Positions 24,462 through 35,551 are shown, counted from the first letter of the stretch. The stretch is 64,000 bases of DNA from an uncultured delta proteobacterium (GCA_963848295.1 CAWKDB010000010.1:2944001-3008000); one strand, 5' to 3'. Notes: generated by a model not told the origin, from the letters alone. Translations and numbers: made by a program.

Positions 24462-26201
24462 TCAGTAAGCGCAGGCGCTGCCGCTGTCGGCGGTCGCGCA
24501 GGCGCCGCCCGCCGGGCACAGCGGAGGCGTGCCGTTCGGATCGCACGTCGCGAAGCAACGCTTCATGTTGTCGGTGCCTAGCGCGCAGGCAAGGCCGGTC
24601 GCGCACGCGGGCTGGCCGCCGCCACACGGAGCGCCGATCACCGAGGCCGCATCATCGTACGGCGGATAGATGATCCGCCCGTGCACCGCGAGCCCGACAC
24701 CATCAGGTGGCTGATGACTCGTGTCGTTCCACGCGACCGCGAACGAGTCGCCGAGCCCGGCGGCAGACGGTCGCGTGTGATCGCCGATCGGTGCACCGCT
24801 CGCGAGCGCCGGATTCGGAATCACGAACACGTCGCCGACGGGTGAACCGGTCGGTCGCATGAGCCGCCCCGAAACTTCACAATCGGTCGAGTCGCTGTTT
24901 TGACACACATGCCAGGTCACGAGCAGCGCACCATCGGCGCGCGCCGTCACCCCGAATGACTCGTCGCCGTTCGAGCTGTCGCCTTTGCTCTGGTCGGTGA
25001 CGAGCGAAGGGCCGCTCAGGATCTGCCCCGCCGCGTTGAGTAGGTACATCGCGATCGTTCCGGCCGAGCCATCGGTGAAGTCGATCGATGCGGTGCGCAC
25101 GAACAAGGCAAAGCCGTTCGCGACCGGCGCGAGGCGGACCGCGCCGAACTGAGTCGAGGCGTCGTGATCGAGTAACGTCGTGTCGACGCCGCTGAACACC
25201 GCGTTGAGGTTCGCCGCGCGGACGTGAACGTCGGCGCCATCAGCCGTCCCTATCGTCGTGTTGACGAGCCACGCGTACATCACGCTCGCTCCGCTCGCCG
25301 CGACGGTGGCCTGACCTCCGCCGAAGTCGCCCATCACGGTCGAGACCGTGCTCGCGGCTGCGAGCGGCGAGCAGTCGGGCTGCACGATTACGGTCCGGAT
25401 CACGTTGTCGCTCGTCTGCGTTCCGGTCCATGCGACCGCGAAGTTGCCGTTCGACATCGGCGCGATCGAGACGACATCGGTGAACACCGGATCGGTCGCG
25501 ATCGAGACCTCGTCGGCGATCGCGGCGCCGCTCTCGTCGATCGAGCGGCACGCGATGCCACTGAGCTCCGCGTCGTCGAGGTAGTCCCATACCGCCATCG
25601 TCGTCGAGCCATTCGCGGCAACGGCGACGGTCGCGGTCGATTGGGTCAGGTTCGAGTTGAGATCGAACTGGTCGGTTCCGGCCGCCGCGACGCTCGTCAG
25701 CGCCTGCCCGGTCGAATCGAACCGCCGGCCGAAGATGTTGCACTCGGTGCACTGATCGCGAAAACCCGCGGTCCACGTGCCGTCGGCGAGCGCGGCGAGT
25801 TGGAAGCCCGAGGCCTCGAAGTCGTCGGACAAGAACTGATCGCCGGCGTACTCGGTGTTGATCACGAAATCGACGCTATCGAGCAGGATCGCTGCGGTCT
25901 TCGAGCCGAACGTCGTCGCGACCGTGCCCGAGCCGACCGGCTGCATGTTCTCGTCGGTCGCGGTGACTTCGATACCGAGATCGCCGCTGCGTCCGGACGC
26001 CGACACGCTGAACGTCACGGGAAACCCATGGGTGCCGAGGTCGAGCGAATCCGAGCGTGTCGACGAGTCGTTCGTCAGCGTCACTTGCAGCGCGGTCGCG
26101 TCGTGCACTGCCGCCCGGGCGTCGACCGTGACGAGCACGTACGTGTCACTGCTGCAGGCAGCGATCACGGTCGTCGCGAGGAGTGCGAGCTGCCGGTTCA
26201 T
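24462..26201 (-). CDS. Lipoprotein, beta-rich repeats with C-terminal Cys-rich module
   Basis: IAAC lipobox from ATG 26201; acidic beta-rich repeats; coupled to the TPR gene. Confidence 0.75.
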   Translation of the reverse strand: MNRQLALLATTVIAACSSDTYVLVTVDARAAVHDATALQVTLTNDSSTRSDSLDLGTHGFPVTFSVSASGRSGDLGIEVTATDENMQPVGSGTVATTFGSKTAAILLDSVDFVINTEYAGDQFLSDDFEASGFQLAALADGTWTAGFRDQCTECNIFGRRFDSTGQALTSVAAAGTDQFDLNSNLTQSTATVAVAANGSTTMAVWDYLDDAELSGIACRSIDESGAAIADEVSIATDPVFTDVVSIAPMSNGNFAVAWTGTQTSDNVIRTVIVQPDCSPLAAASTVSTVMGDFGGGQATVAASGASVMYAWLVNTTIGTADGADVHVRAANLNAVFSGVDTTLLDHDASTQFGAVRLAPVANGFALFVRTASIDFTDGSAGTIAMYLLNAAGQILSGPSLVTDQSKGDSSNGDESFGVTARADGALLVTWHVCQNSDSTDCEVSGRLMRPTGSPVGDVFVIPNPALASGAPIGDHTRPSAAGLGDSFAVAWNDTSHQPPDGVGLAVHGRIIYPPYDDAASVIGAPCGGGQPACATGLACALGTDNMKRCFATCDPNGTPPLCPAGGACATADSGSACAY

Positions 26202-26746
26202 TTGAACGGGACATTGCCGAGGTCGGTAGCGGGCGGGCTCGACTTGCCAGCTTCGATGATCCCGATCGACGCGCCGGCCGCCACGACGCCGATCCCGGTC
26301 CAGAACCACCAACGCTTGTAGATCGGCGGGCTCGGCGCGGGTCCGATCTTCACCGGTGGAGGAGCGACGAATTTATTCGCGTCGGCCCGCTGCTTCTTTT
26401 GCTCGAGGTCGTCGATCAACTGCTGCACCGAGTCCTTGTTCGGCGCGTCGGGCTCGAGCTTGAGATACTTCTGAAAGCTGAAGATCGCCTGGTCGTAGTT
26501 GTTGAGGTTGCGATAGCACTGGCCGATGTTGAACAGGAAGTCGGGGATCGGCTTGGCGTCGAACGCCTTCTGGTATTCGTCGAGTGCCTCGTCGAACTTG
26601 CCGAGCGCGAACAACTTCTCGCCGCGCTCGAAGTAGCGGCGCGATGCGCGGGTCGCCGGATCATCGGCGCGGGCGACGCGGGGAACGACCGCGACCGCGA
26701 GGACCAGCACGATCGTGGCGGCGAGACGTGACAGCGGCGAAGTCAT
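26198..26746 (-). CDS. Secreted TPR protein
   Basis: Signal peptide (ARA), LFNIGQCYR TPR, PPIYKRWWFW tail. Confidence 0.85.
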   Translation of the reverse strand: MTSPLSRLAATIVLVLAVAVVPRVARADDPATRASRRYFERGEKLFALGKFDEALDEYQKAFDAKPIPDFLFNIGQCYRNLNNYDQAIFSFQKYLKLEPDAPNKDSVQQLIDDLEQKKQRADANKFVAPPPVKIGPAPSPPIYKRWWFWTGIGVVAAGASIGIIEAGKSSPPATDLGNVPFK

Positions 26747-28587
26747 TGAGGGTGGCGATGAAACGGATCGAGCGTATCGGCCGGATCGATCTTATCTGAC
26801 GGCTTCGAGTCGGTCTTGTTATCGGCGGGCTTGTCGACCGGTTTGGCGCCGACCTTGTCGGTCTTGTCGGCGCCGGGCTTCTTGTCGTGCGCCTTCGCTA
26901 CCGGGTGGCTGACGCTCGGGTGCGACTTGGGGTGATCGTCCTCGGCGACCACGCGATCGAGCGTGACCGCGAACGCGTGCTTGTCCGCGGTGAGATCGAC
27001 CTCGACGGGCTTGTCGAGATAGCCGGCGCTGCGCACGACATAGGTCCGGCGATCGGTCGGACCTCCGTCCTTCAGGTCGACCTCGAACGAGCACGGCGTG
27101 TTGCACAGCTCCGCCGAGTGCCCGTCAGCGTAGACACCGCCGCTCGGCAACGAGTCGAACCGTAACGAGATCATCGTCGGTGGCGCAGGCGTCGGTGTCG
27201 GTATTGGCGTCGGCGTCGGCGTCGGAACCGGCGTCGGAACCGGCGCCGGCATCGGCGTCTGCGTCTCGGCCACCGGCGCTGCCACATGCGCCGACTCTCC
27301 TCGACTCGCGTACAGCACCGCTCCAGTCACCCCGAGCGCCACCGCGATCGCACCTCCCGCGAGCCAGATCCACACCGGGGTCGGTGGTGGCGGCGCCGGC
27401 GTCGCCTGGCTGACGTACATCGACTGGTACCCGGTCGACGGGTGGAGCGCGGAGGCATGCAAGCTCGACGGCAACATCGGGTGCTGGCCGGACAATGCGT
27501 AATTCGGCGGGCGGGTCTCGACCTGCGCGCCGAGCATGTTGAGCAAGCCGTCGCGCAGCTCGAGGATGTGGCCGAAGCGCTGGTCCGGGTCCTTCGCGAG
27601 GCAGCGCATGATCAGCGCCTCGAGCCTCGCATCGACGTGCTGGCCACCCTGGGTCTGGCGCGGAGGCACCGGATGCTCGGTGAGATGCTTGCGGACGTAC
27701 TCGCCGAACGAGCGACCCTTGAACATCGGCTGGCCGCAGAACAGCTCGTACATGATCGCGCCGATCGAATAGATGTCGGAGCGCTGATCGAGCGCCATGC
27801 CGCCGGCTTGCTCGGGAGACATGTACGCCGGCGTGCCGATCACCGAGCCCGCTGCGGTCTGAAACCCGACATCCTCGTCGTCACGATTCACGAGCTTCGC
27901 GACGCCGAAGTCGAGCAACTTGACGAGCTCCGCGCCATCGGAGGTCGGGACCACGATCACGTTGTCGGGCTTGAGATCGCGATGGATGACGCCGACCGCG
28001 TGCGCTGCCCCCAAGCCGTCGCAGATCTGGACGAGCACGGCGAGCGCGCGCGGGAGATCGATCCCGGTGCGCGCCCAGCGCCCGAGGCTCTGGCCCTGGA
28101 GCAGCTCCATGATGATGAACGTCGTGCCGTCGTCGAGCTCGATGAAGTCGGTGACGTCGACGATGTTGCGATGGCGAACGCGGTTGACCGTCTTCGCTTC
28201 TTGGAAGAACCGCAGCACGGCATCGCGCCGGCGCGCGTAGTCGGCGCGCAGCAGCTTGAGCGCGACCTCGCGGCCGAGCTTGATGTGCTCGGCGCGATAC
28301 ACATAGCCCATGCCGCCTTTGCCGAGCAGCTCGCCGAGCCGATAGCTGCCAAGCACGTTGCCGATCCGATCTTCGGGGGCGTCGGTCGAGGCGCGCGGTC
28401 TCGGCGGTGGCCGGGTCGGCGCACGCTCGACGATCGGGCGTTGCCGGCCGCTCGGCGACTCGACGCGAGTCGGTTCGTCGCCGGTGCCGACCGCGAGCGA
28501 CGGGTGCTCGTTCGGATCGTCGTCGAACGCGTCGGCCTCGAGGGACAGCGACTGCGTCGGATCGCGGTGGCTGTCGCGCGTCGTCAT
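26743..28587 (-). CDS. Membrane Ser/Thr protein kinase with PEGA-like ectodomain
   Basis: LGKGGMG, VALK, HRDLKPDN, DFG, GTPAYMSPE, TM helix. Confidence 0.96.
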   Translation of the reverse strand: MTTRDSHRDPTQSLSLEADAFDDDPNEHPSLAVGTGDEPTRVESPSGRQRPIVERAPTRPPPRPRASTDAPEDRIGNVLGSYRLGELLGKGGMGYVYRAEHIKLGREVALKLLRADYARRRDAVLRFFQEAKTVNRVRHRNIVDVTDFIELDDGTTFIIMELLQGQSLGRWARTGIDLPRALAVLVQICDGLGAAHAVGVIHRDLKPDNVIVVPTSDGAELVKLLDFGVAKLVNRDDEDVGFQTAAGSVIGTPAYMSPEQAGGMALDQRSDIYSIGAIMYELFCGQPMFKGRSFGEYVRKHLTEHPVPPRQTQGGQHVDARLEALIMRCLAKDPDQRFGHILELRDGLLNMLGAQVETRPPNYALSGQHPMLPSSLHASALHPSTGYQSMYVSQATPAPPPPTPVWIWLAGGAIAVALGVTGAVLYASRGESAHVAAPVAETQTPMPAPVPTPVPTPTPTPIPTPTPAPPTMISLRFDSLPSGGVYADGHSAELCNTPCSFEVDLKDGGPTDRRTYVVRSAGYLDKPVEVDLTADKHAFAVTLDRVVAEDDHPKSHPSVSHPVAKAHDKKPGADKTDKVGAKPVDKPADNKTDSKPSDKIDPADTLDPFHRHPQ

Positions 28588-28625
28588 CCGCCCTGAAGCA
28601 GATTGTACGATCCATCTTCATCGCG

Positions 28626-28652
28626 CACAACCAATGATTCCGCGTGGTTGTG
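28626..28652. other. Intergenic inverted repeat (hairpin or operator)
   Basis: CACAACCA-N11-TGGTTGTG between the HEAT gene stop and the kinase start. Confidence 0.4.
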
Positions 28653-28664
28653 ATCGGAGTCGCG

Positions 28665-29300
28665 CTAGGGTGGGGTGCATTCACCAAGCACGTCGAGCGC
28701 GTTGGTGATCGCGAGCTTCACTTGGTCGACGGTCTCGTGCTGGAGCCGTGCACGCAGCGGAGCGATGCCGTCGGTATCGCAGAGGTCGCGCAGCGCGTTC
28801 GCGGTGCTCGCGCGGATGTCCCGGCTCGGGTGATCGAGCAGCCCAGCCAACGCCGGCTCGTCGTCGGCGACTTGCAGCGGCCCGAGCGTCTCGATCGCGG
28901 CGCGCAGCAGCAGCAGATCGGACCCGCCGTTCGCCGGTAGGTCCTCGGCTCCGAGCGTCGTGATCAGCGTGGTCAACGCGACATGGCTCGGATCGGTGTC
29001 GGCGCACGGTGGCGGATCGTCGGGCAGCGGGCAGTATTGGCCGAGCGCGTGGATCGCGCGCAACCTCACGCCGACGTCGTTCGTCGTGTCGGCGCTGATC
29101 GTCGCGAGCGACTGCGCGGTCGTCGCCGCCGAGCCCATGAACGCGGCGTTGAGCTCGACCGTCGTCGGTGCGCTGTCGAGAGCACCGAGCGTATCGAGCA
29201 CGCCTTGCGGCAAAGGCGGGGTCTCGGTGCCGTGCGCGATCGCGACGAAGATCAGCGCTGCGCCGAGCGGCACGATCAGCGGCAGCTTGCGCGCGCTCAT
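28665..29300 (-). CDS. Exported HEAT-repeat protein
   Basis: VRLRAIHALG, LLDHPSRDIRASTANAL repeats; N-terminal hydrophobic segment. Confidence 0.8.
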   Translation of the reverse strand: MSARKLPLIVPLGAALIFVAIAHGTETPPLPQGVLDTLGALDSAPTTVELNAAFMGSAATTAQSLATISADTTNDVGVRLRAIHALGQYCPLPDDPPPCADTDPSHVALTTLITTLGAEDLPANGGSDLLLLRAAIETLGPLQVADDEPALAGLLDHPSRDIRASTANALRDLCDTDGIAPLRARLQHETVDQVKLAITNALDVLGECTPP

Positions 29301-30853
29301 CGCAGCACCGCGCTGCGCCGGAGGATGTCGCCTTGCTCGGTGCTGATGTCGTCGCCGCCGAACTCCGAGAAGTACATGAGGTTCGCGCTCGACGTGTCGC
29401 TATCGTCGATCGGATCGGTGTGGACGAGATCGAGCTCGAGGTTGTCGTACAGCCCGAGGTAGCGCGCGGCTTCGTGCGCGACGAGCCGCGACAGCTGATC
29501 CCACGACCGGTAGCACAACGTATCGAGACCGATGACGATGCCCGATTGCGCCGTGCCCGGGAGCCCGCCAGGTCCGGGGTTCGGGCCGAACGCTTCGAGG
29601 CCGATCGGCGACAGTGTGCGGACAAAGAACACGTCGAGGCCGGTGGTGTGCGAGCCGAGCGCGAGCAGCTGGCCGGCGTTCGAGACGTCGAGCCCGTCGA
29701 GCTCGGGATGGTCGAGGATGTCGTCGTAGTCCACCGTGCCCAGGTTGAGCCCGACGTGCGCGAGCACGGTGCGCAGCGTCCCCAGGAAGTCGGTCTGGAA
29801 GAACGCGGCGGACTGCGCGAGCTGCGCGGTCAACGCGCCGCCGCCGAACTGAGCCGAGCACGGATGATCTTGGAAGTTGAGGAAGTGGAGATGCAGATCG
29901 AGCGTCGCACCGTGGTCGAGCTTGACGACCGCGGTCATCCGGGGCGTCTCGGTGCCGACGGTGGTCGGAAACGGCGCGCGCAACGACGACACGTGCAGCG
30001 CATAAGCACCCTCCAGCAACGGCTGGGACGGCGCCGACAACGGGTCGGTAGGGGCCGACGGCATCGCGAGCACCGACTGGCCGAAGCCGGGTTCGTGGCG
30101 GACGAGGTTCGAGTAGTAGTCGCCGTTCGGGTCGACGAGCACGACGCCTTGATTATCGCCGGTCAGCGTGTGGACCGGCGACACGACCTTCGTCGCGCCG
30201 ACTTGCTGCGCGGCATCGTCGATCTGGAACGTGACCGCGACGCTATACGCGGTGCTCGGGACCGGCAACAGCACGTCGGCTTCTGGGCCGTCGACCGGGA
30301 TCGCCCAGGTCAATGAGCCGGTGGCCGGGATGCAACCCCAGAACGGGTAGCCGATCGCTTCGACCCGCGGGATCACCGCGCAGGTCTGGCCGAGCGCGCA
30401 GTCGCGCGAGTTGTTCGACGGCGAGCACAGGTCGACACAATGGCCGAGCGCGCATGTGCCGTTGCGACATTCATCGTCGGTCGCGCAGGTCGAGCCATCT
30501 GCGGCGCCCGAGTTTTCGGCGACGCAGCTCGCGGTCAGCGTCTGCGGCATGTTGTCGTTGAGGTTTGTCGTGCCGTCGAGCTCGCACGACAAGCCGACCT
30601 CGCACTCGGGCTCGCCGCTGCACGAGGCGCCGAGTCCGGCGGCCGACTGAGTGCATGTCCCGTCGCCGGCGCAGGCGTAGCCATCGCCGCAGTCGGGGGA
30701 TCGCTGGCACCGCGCGACGCACACGTTGCCTTGGCACTGCAGCGAGCTCTCGCAATCGCCGTTGCCGCCGCACGAATCGCCGAGCCCCCCGGAGCCAGCC
30801 GGGCAGCCGGCCAGCGCGGCGACCATCAGCGCGAAGAGTGAGCGGTATCGCAT
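29297..30853 (-). CDS. Cys-rich lipoprotein with degenerate metzincin-like C-terminal domain
   Basis: LAGC lipobox from ATG 30853; Cys repeats; AHEAARYLGLYD..DPIDD..NLM. Confidence 0.75.
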   Translation of the reverse strand: MRYRSLFALMVAALAGCPAGSGGLGDSCGGNGDCESSLQCQGNVCVARCQRSPDCGDGYACAGDGTCTQSAAGLGASCSGEPECEVGLSCELDGTTNLNDNMPQTLTASCVAENSGAADGSTCATDDECRNGTCALGHCVDLCSPSNNSRDCALGQTCAVIPRVEAIGYPFWGCIPATGSLTWAIPVDGPEADVLLPVPSTAYSVAVTFQIDDAAQQVGATKVVSPVHTLTGDNQGVVLVDPNGDYYSNLVRHEPGFGQSVLAMPSAPTDPLSAPSQPLLEGAYALHVSSLRAPFPTTVGTETPRMTAVVKLDHGATLDLHLHFLNFQDHPCSAQFGGGALTAQLAQSAAFFQTDFLGTLRTVLAHVGLNLGTVDYDDILDHPELDGLDVSNAGQLLALGSHTTGLDVFFVRTLSPIGLEAFGPNPGPGGLPGTAQSGIVIGLDTLCYRSWDQLSRLVAHEAARYLGLYDNLELDLVHTDPIDDSDTSSANLMYFSEFGGDDISTEQGDILRRSAVLR

Positions 30854-30926
30854 CGCGATGCGATTCCCGGCACAGACGCGCGAGGAGCCGCACACCGAGT
30901 ATATAATGTCGCCGCCTGGGGGAATC

Positions 30927-31772
30927 ATGCGTTTCGTCACGAGCTTGACCGTGTTGTTCATCGCCGGAACTGCCGTCGCGGGGCCCGCGCTCGACGATGA
31001 CAAGAACGCCACACCGACCCCGGCGCCCGCGCCGGCTGCGTCCGGCACGGACCCCACCGCCGCTGGAGGCGGAGCGGGCACCGCTGCACCGACGACCGAG
31101 GCGCCTAGCCCCTTGGCCGAGAAAGTCTCGTACGGCTTCGACATTCGACTGCGCAGCGAGTGGGTGCCGCAGGCGATCCTCGGCCTGTTCATGAAGTCGT
31201 CGCCGGGCGGTGCTCAGAGCGCAGCGATCGGCGCCGATTTTGTACGCCGGCGTGGCGACACCGAGCTCGCGTTCGGCATGGAGTACGAGCAGATCAACCC
31301 CAAGCAGGGCGTCTACGTTCAGAGCAACAGCAACGTCGCGGACGGCGACACCGTCGACTACATCCTGTCGCCCGAGAATGCCGGCAGCAACTTCGGCTGG
31401 GTCACGTTCGAGTTCACGTTCATCGGCCACAAGCCGTTCAACAAGTACGTCTCGTTCCGCTACGGCATCGGCGCTGGCCTTGGCGTCCTGACCGGAGGTC
31501 TCTATCGGATCGACACGCAGTGCGCGGCCGGCACGACCGACGCGACCGCGGCGACCGGCTGCGTTCCCCCGCCATACGGTCAAACCGGTACCGTCTCGCC
31601 CGACCACCCCGGCGATCCCGAGCCGGGCAAGTACGACCTGCCGCCGGTCTTCCCGGTCTTGAACGCCCTCGTCGGCTTCCAGTTCCACCCGGTCGAGCAC
31701 ATCGTCATCAACCTCGAAGGCGGCCTCCATACGTTACCCTTCGTCGGCCTCTCGGTCGGCGCGATGTGGTGA
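30927..31772 (+). CDS. Putative outer-membrane beta-barrel protein
   Basis: Signal peptide (AVA), amphipathic strands, terminal aromatic (GLSVGAMW). Confidence 0.7.
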   Translation: MRFVTSLTVLFIAGTAVAGPALDDDKNATPTPAPAPAASGTDPTAAGGGAGTAAPTTEAPSPLAEKVSYGFDIRLRSEWVPQAILGLFMKSSPGGAQSAAIGADFVRRRGDTELAFGMEYEQINPKQGVYVQSNSNVADGDTVDYILSPENAGSNFGWVTFEFTFIGHKPFNKYVSFRYGIGAGLGVLTGGLYRIDTQCAAGTTDATAATGCVPPPYGQTGTVSPDHPGDPEPGKYDLPPVFPVLNALVGFQFHPVEHIVINLEGGLHTLPFVGLSVGAMW

Positions 31773-31868
31773 CGCTGTCTCTATTGTCAACTTAGGTCGA
31801 ATCTCGCGTTCTGGAGATCGCGGTAATTACGAGCGTTTCGCCGGGGACGCTGTCTCTATTGTCACCTA
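31768..31868 (+). repeat. 26-bp repeat family A doublet (31768-31793, 31843-31868)
   Basis: 75-bp period; supplies the stop codons of both flanking convergent genes. Confidence 0.95.
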
Positions 31869-33752
31869 ACGCTTGCGCCGCAAGTCGCCGACGCGGAGCG
31901 TGAGCTTCTCGGCATCGAAGTACTCGGCGAGCGGGATCGTGAACTTCCGGCTCGCGCCGGTCAGCTCCTTCCACTGCTGAGCATCGATCGTGCCGTGCGC
32001 CGCGAGGAATGCGAGTAGCCGGTCGCGCACGCCGGCGACGACCTTAGCGCTCATCATGAGATCGGGCTTGATTCGCACGACGAGCTTGGCGGCGACCAAG
32101 CGATCGAGCGAAGTCTTGATCTCTGCATCGCCACGGCCGAGCGCACCGGCGAGCTCTTTCGGTCGTGGCGGCTCGAGGGCCCAGGTTTCGAACCGAGCCA
32201 GCAACTCGGCGTCGAGTGGCGACAGCATCGGCCCACTGGGCCTTGCGGCTCGGCGGAGGCGATCGCCATCGGCGGAGACCGCGCCTTTGCGCTCGAGCCC
32301 GAGCACGATCGGATCGAACGCGCGCAGCGGCAACGCGGCCGGTAGCTGCGTGCGCAATGCCTCGCGGAGCGCACCGTCGTCGCCCGCCGCAGCGATCTTC
32401 TCGACGATCGCGGCCTCGAGCGCGACGACCGCCGCGGCGTGGAGGTAGTGTCCGCCGATCGCGAGCAGCTCACCCGCGGCGACGAGCGTCTCGAGCGGTT
32501 CGGCGAGCTGCTCGAGCGGCCGCGCGACGCGTCGAGCGAGCTCGGTGTCGGCCAAGCCGGCGGCGGCTGCTGCCTCGACGAGCAACGCGATCTGGCGCAC
32601 GAGCTTGGCGTCGGCGAGCGCGCTGATGCGCGCGGCGTGCTCGGTGGGATCGCGTAGCTTCGGGGCGAGCACGCGTACGATCCGTCCACCGCCGATCGTC
32701 GAGCCCGATCTTGCCGAAGCGACGAACCCGCGCACGATGAACCGATCGCCCGGCGCGGCGCCGAGTGGCGTCTCGCGATCGACGCGAAGTTGAGCGGCCG
32801 TCGTGGCGCCGGGCTGTAACGGCTCCGCCGAAGCGAGCCGGAGTGTCGCCATCACTTGCGCGGTGCCGTGATGGAGCAACACCTTGCTGCGCGCCGGCAA
32901 CGGCTCGGGTGCACCGCGGAGATAGCGCAGCTCGACATCGACGATGTGCGAGGCGGCGATCGCGCCGGGATGCGCGAGGAGATCGCCGCGCTCGAGCTGC
33001 TCGACCGCGATGCCCCCGAGGTTGATCGCAGCGCGCTGGCCGGCGGTCGCACGCGGCACCGCCGAGCCGTGCACTTCGATGCCGCGCACGCGGGTCGCCA
33101 GCTCGCTGCCGATCGTGACGAGCTCGTCGCCTACGGCGACCGCGCCATCCGCGATCGTGCCGGTGACAATCGTGCCGAAGCCCTTGAGCGTGAACACGCG
33201 ATCGATGGGGAGGCGGAACACGCCGGCGATGGAGCGCGCCGGCAACGAATCGATCGCGCTCGCAAGCTCGGCCCGCAGCTCGTCGAGACGCGCGCCGGTC
33301 TTCGCCGACACCGCCACGAACGGCGCGTGCTCCAAGAATGTACCGACGAGCTCGCCTCGGATCTCCGAGGTGACAAGCTCGAGCCACTCGGCGTCGACGA
33401 GGTCGCTCTTCGTCACCACGACGATACCGCGGCGCACGCCGAGCAGATCGCAGATGTCGACGTGCTCGCGCGTCTGCGGCATCACGCCTTCGTCAGCCGC
33501 GATCACGAGCAGGACGATGTCGATGCCCGTTGCGCCCGCGACCATGGACTTCACGAACCGCTCGTGACCCGGGACGTCGACCATCGCAAGCACGCGATCA
33601 CCGAGCGCCAGCTTCGCGAACCCGAGCTCGGTCGTGATCCCCCGCGCCTTCTCGACCGCGAGCCGATCGGTGTCGATGCCGGTCAACGCGTGAACGAGCG
33701 CGGTCTTGCCGTGATCGATGTGGCCTGCGGTGCCGATGACGAACGAGGTCAC
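31866..33752 (-). CDS. selB: Selenocysteine-specific elongation factor
   Basis: [27 protein letters not shown]-terminal winged helices with [13 protein letters not shown]. Confidence 0.97.
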   Translation of the reverse strand: MTSFVIGTAGHIDHGKTALVHALTGIDTDRLAVEKARGITTELGFAKLALGDRVLAMVDVPGHERFVKSMVAGATGIDIVLLVIAADEGVMPQTREHVDICDLLGVRRGIVVVTKSDLVDAEWLELVTSEIRGELVGTFLEHAPFVAVSAKTGARLDELRAELASAIDSLPARSIAGVFRLPIDRVFTLKGFGTIVTGTIADGAVAVGDELVTIGSELATRVRGIEVHGSAVPRATAGQRAAINLGGIAVEQLERGDLLAHPGAIAASHIVDVELRYLRGAPEPLPARSKVLLHHGTAQVMATLRLASAEPLQPGATTAAQLRVDRETPLGAAPGDRFIVRGFVASARSGSTIGGGRIVRVLAPKLRDPTEHAARISALADAKLVRQIALLVEAAAAAGLADTELARRVARPLEQLAEPLETLVAAGELLAIGGHYLHAAAVVALEAAIVEKIAAAGDDGALREALRTQLPAALPLRAFDPIVLGLERKGAVSADGDRLRRAARPSGPMLSPLDAELLARFETWALEPPRPKELAGALGRGDAEIKTSLDRLVAAKLVVRIKPDLMMSAKVVAGVRDRLLAFLAAHGTIDAQQWKELTGASRKFTIPLAEYFDAEKLTLRVGDLRRKR

Positions 33753-33763
33753 ATGCGCCCTCT

Positions 33764-33861
33764 AAGGTGACAAAAGAGACAGCGTCCCCAACGAACCTTT
33801 GTGATTACCGACATCTACCGCCGGGGCGCGCTGAGCAAGTGGACAAAGAGACAGCGTCCCC
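33764..33861 (-). repeat. 26-bp repeat family A doublet (33764-33789, 33837-33861)
   Basis: AAGGTGACAAAAGAGACAGCGTCCCC and AAGTGGACAAAGAGACAGCGTCCCC, 73-bp period. Confidence 0.95.
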
Positions 33862-33864
33862 AGC

Positions 33865-35525
33865 TCAGAGGTCGCGGAGCTCGCGCTTTAGGACCTTGCC
33901 GGTCGGGTTGCGCGGCAGCTCGGCGAGGAACGTGACCTTGCGCGGCCTCTTGTAGTCGGCGAGATCTTTGCGGCAGTAGTCGATCACGTCGTTGTCCGAG
34001 ACCTGTGCTCCCACGCGGCGCACGACGAACGCGTGCAAGGTTTCGCCCCACTCGGGGTCGGGCACACCGATCACCGCGGCTTCGAGGATGCCGGGATGGG
34101 TCTGCAAGTGATCCTCGATCTCGCGCGGGTAGATGTTCACGCCACCGGAGATCACCATGTCGTGTTTGCGCGACTCCAAGTAGTAGTAGCCGGCGTCGTC
34201 GATGCGGCCGAGATCGCCGACCGAGTAGAACCCATCCCGTTGCGCGTCGTTGGTCGCGCCGTCGTTGCCGTGGTACCCGGTCATCAGCGTCGCGTTGCGC
34301 GCGTACAGCTCGCCGACCTCGCCGGTGCGTACTTCGTGGCCCTTGTCGTCGAGCAAGCGGATGTCGTTGCCGCGCAGCGCCTTGCCGATCGTGCCCGGTC
34401 TCGTGAGGTGATCGCCGGGCCCGGCCATCGTGACCAAGCCGGTCTCGGTCGAACCGTAGAAGTTCCACAAGATCGGTCCGAACTGATCCATGAACCGGCG
34501 CGCCGCGTCGGTCGTCAACGGCGCCGCTCCGCTCATCACCCAGCGCAAGCTCGACGTATCGTACTTGCCGAGGGTCGTGGGCGGCAGGGCGCAGATCCGG
34601 ATCATCATCGTCGGCACCATCAGCGTGCACGTGATTTTCTCGCGCTCGATGATGTGTAACGCTTGTTCGGGATCGAAGTGGTTCTGCAGCACGACCGTCG
34701 CGCCGAGCGCGAGAGGATCGCGACGAACGCCGGCGCCGCGCTGTGATAGAGCGGGCACACCACGAGCTGGCGATCGTCGGCGCGCATCCCGCACTGATAG
34801 ATCATGTCGCCGACCGACTCGAATCCGGTGCGCTTCCAGCTGCGGTTCGCGCCTTTGGGTTTGCCGGTCGTGCCCGACGTATAGACGATCACGCCTCCGC
34901 CGTCGCCGCCGCGCACGCGTGGGGGAAGCTCAGGCGGTTGAGCAGCGAGCGCGCGGTCCCACTCGACGACGTCCGCGGCATCGGTCGGCACATCGCCGCC
35001 GCACGCGATCATCGGACCGCCTTTGCCGCCGGCCTGCGCGCGCGCCTCGCGCATCGTCGGCAAGAAGCCCGCCTGCACGATCGTCGCGTTCGGCTCGGAG
35101 TTGCCGAGGATGAACGCGATCTCGCCGGGCTTGAGCCGATAGCCGATCTGCACCGCGGTCGCGCCGAGCCGAGCGAGCGCTTGCTGTGCGAGCAAGAACT
35201 CGATGCCGTTCGGCAGCATGATCGCGACGCGACTGCCCGATCCCGCACCACGCGATGCGAGCGCATGCGCGAGGCGATTGACCGTCGCATCGAGCTCGCC
35301 CCAGGTCAGCCGACGCACGCCTTGTTCGCCGTACTCGACGATCGCTTCCTTGTCAGGATGCGCCGCCGCATGGAACATGATCGCGAGGTGAGGCCCGACC
35401 TTCGTCAGCCGGGCCGCCTTGATGAAGTGGGCCACGCCGGACGGCCGCACTGGCGCCGCGACCTTCGCCGACCTAAACACCTTCGCAAAGAACACTGCAC
35501 GGTCGAGTCGCACTTTGAGCTTCAC
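33865..35525 (-). pseudogene. AMP-dependent acyl-CoA synthetase with one apparent frameshift near 34712 (may be an assembly error)
   Basis: YTSGTTGKPKG and PLYH in ORF 34620-35525; YGSTE, GDLG, GGVNIYP, TGKV in ORF 33865-34794. Confidence 0.85.
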
Positions 35526-35551
35526 GGCGACACCATACCTGACCGCGAATT

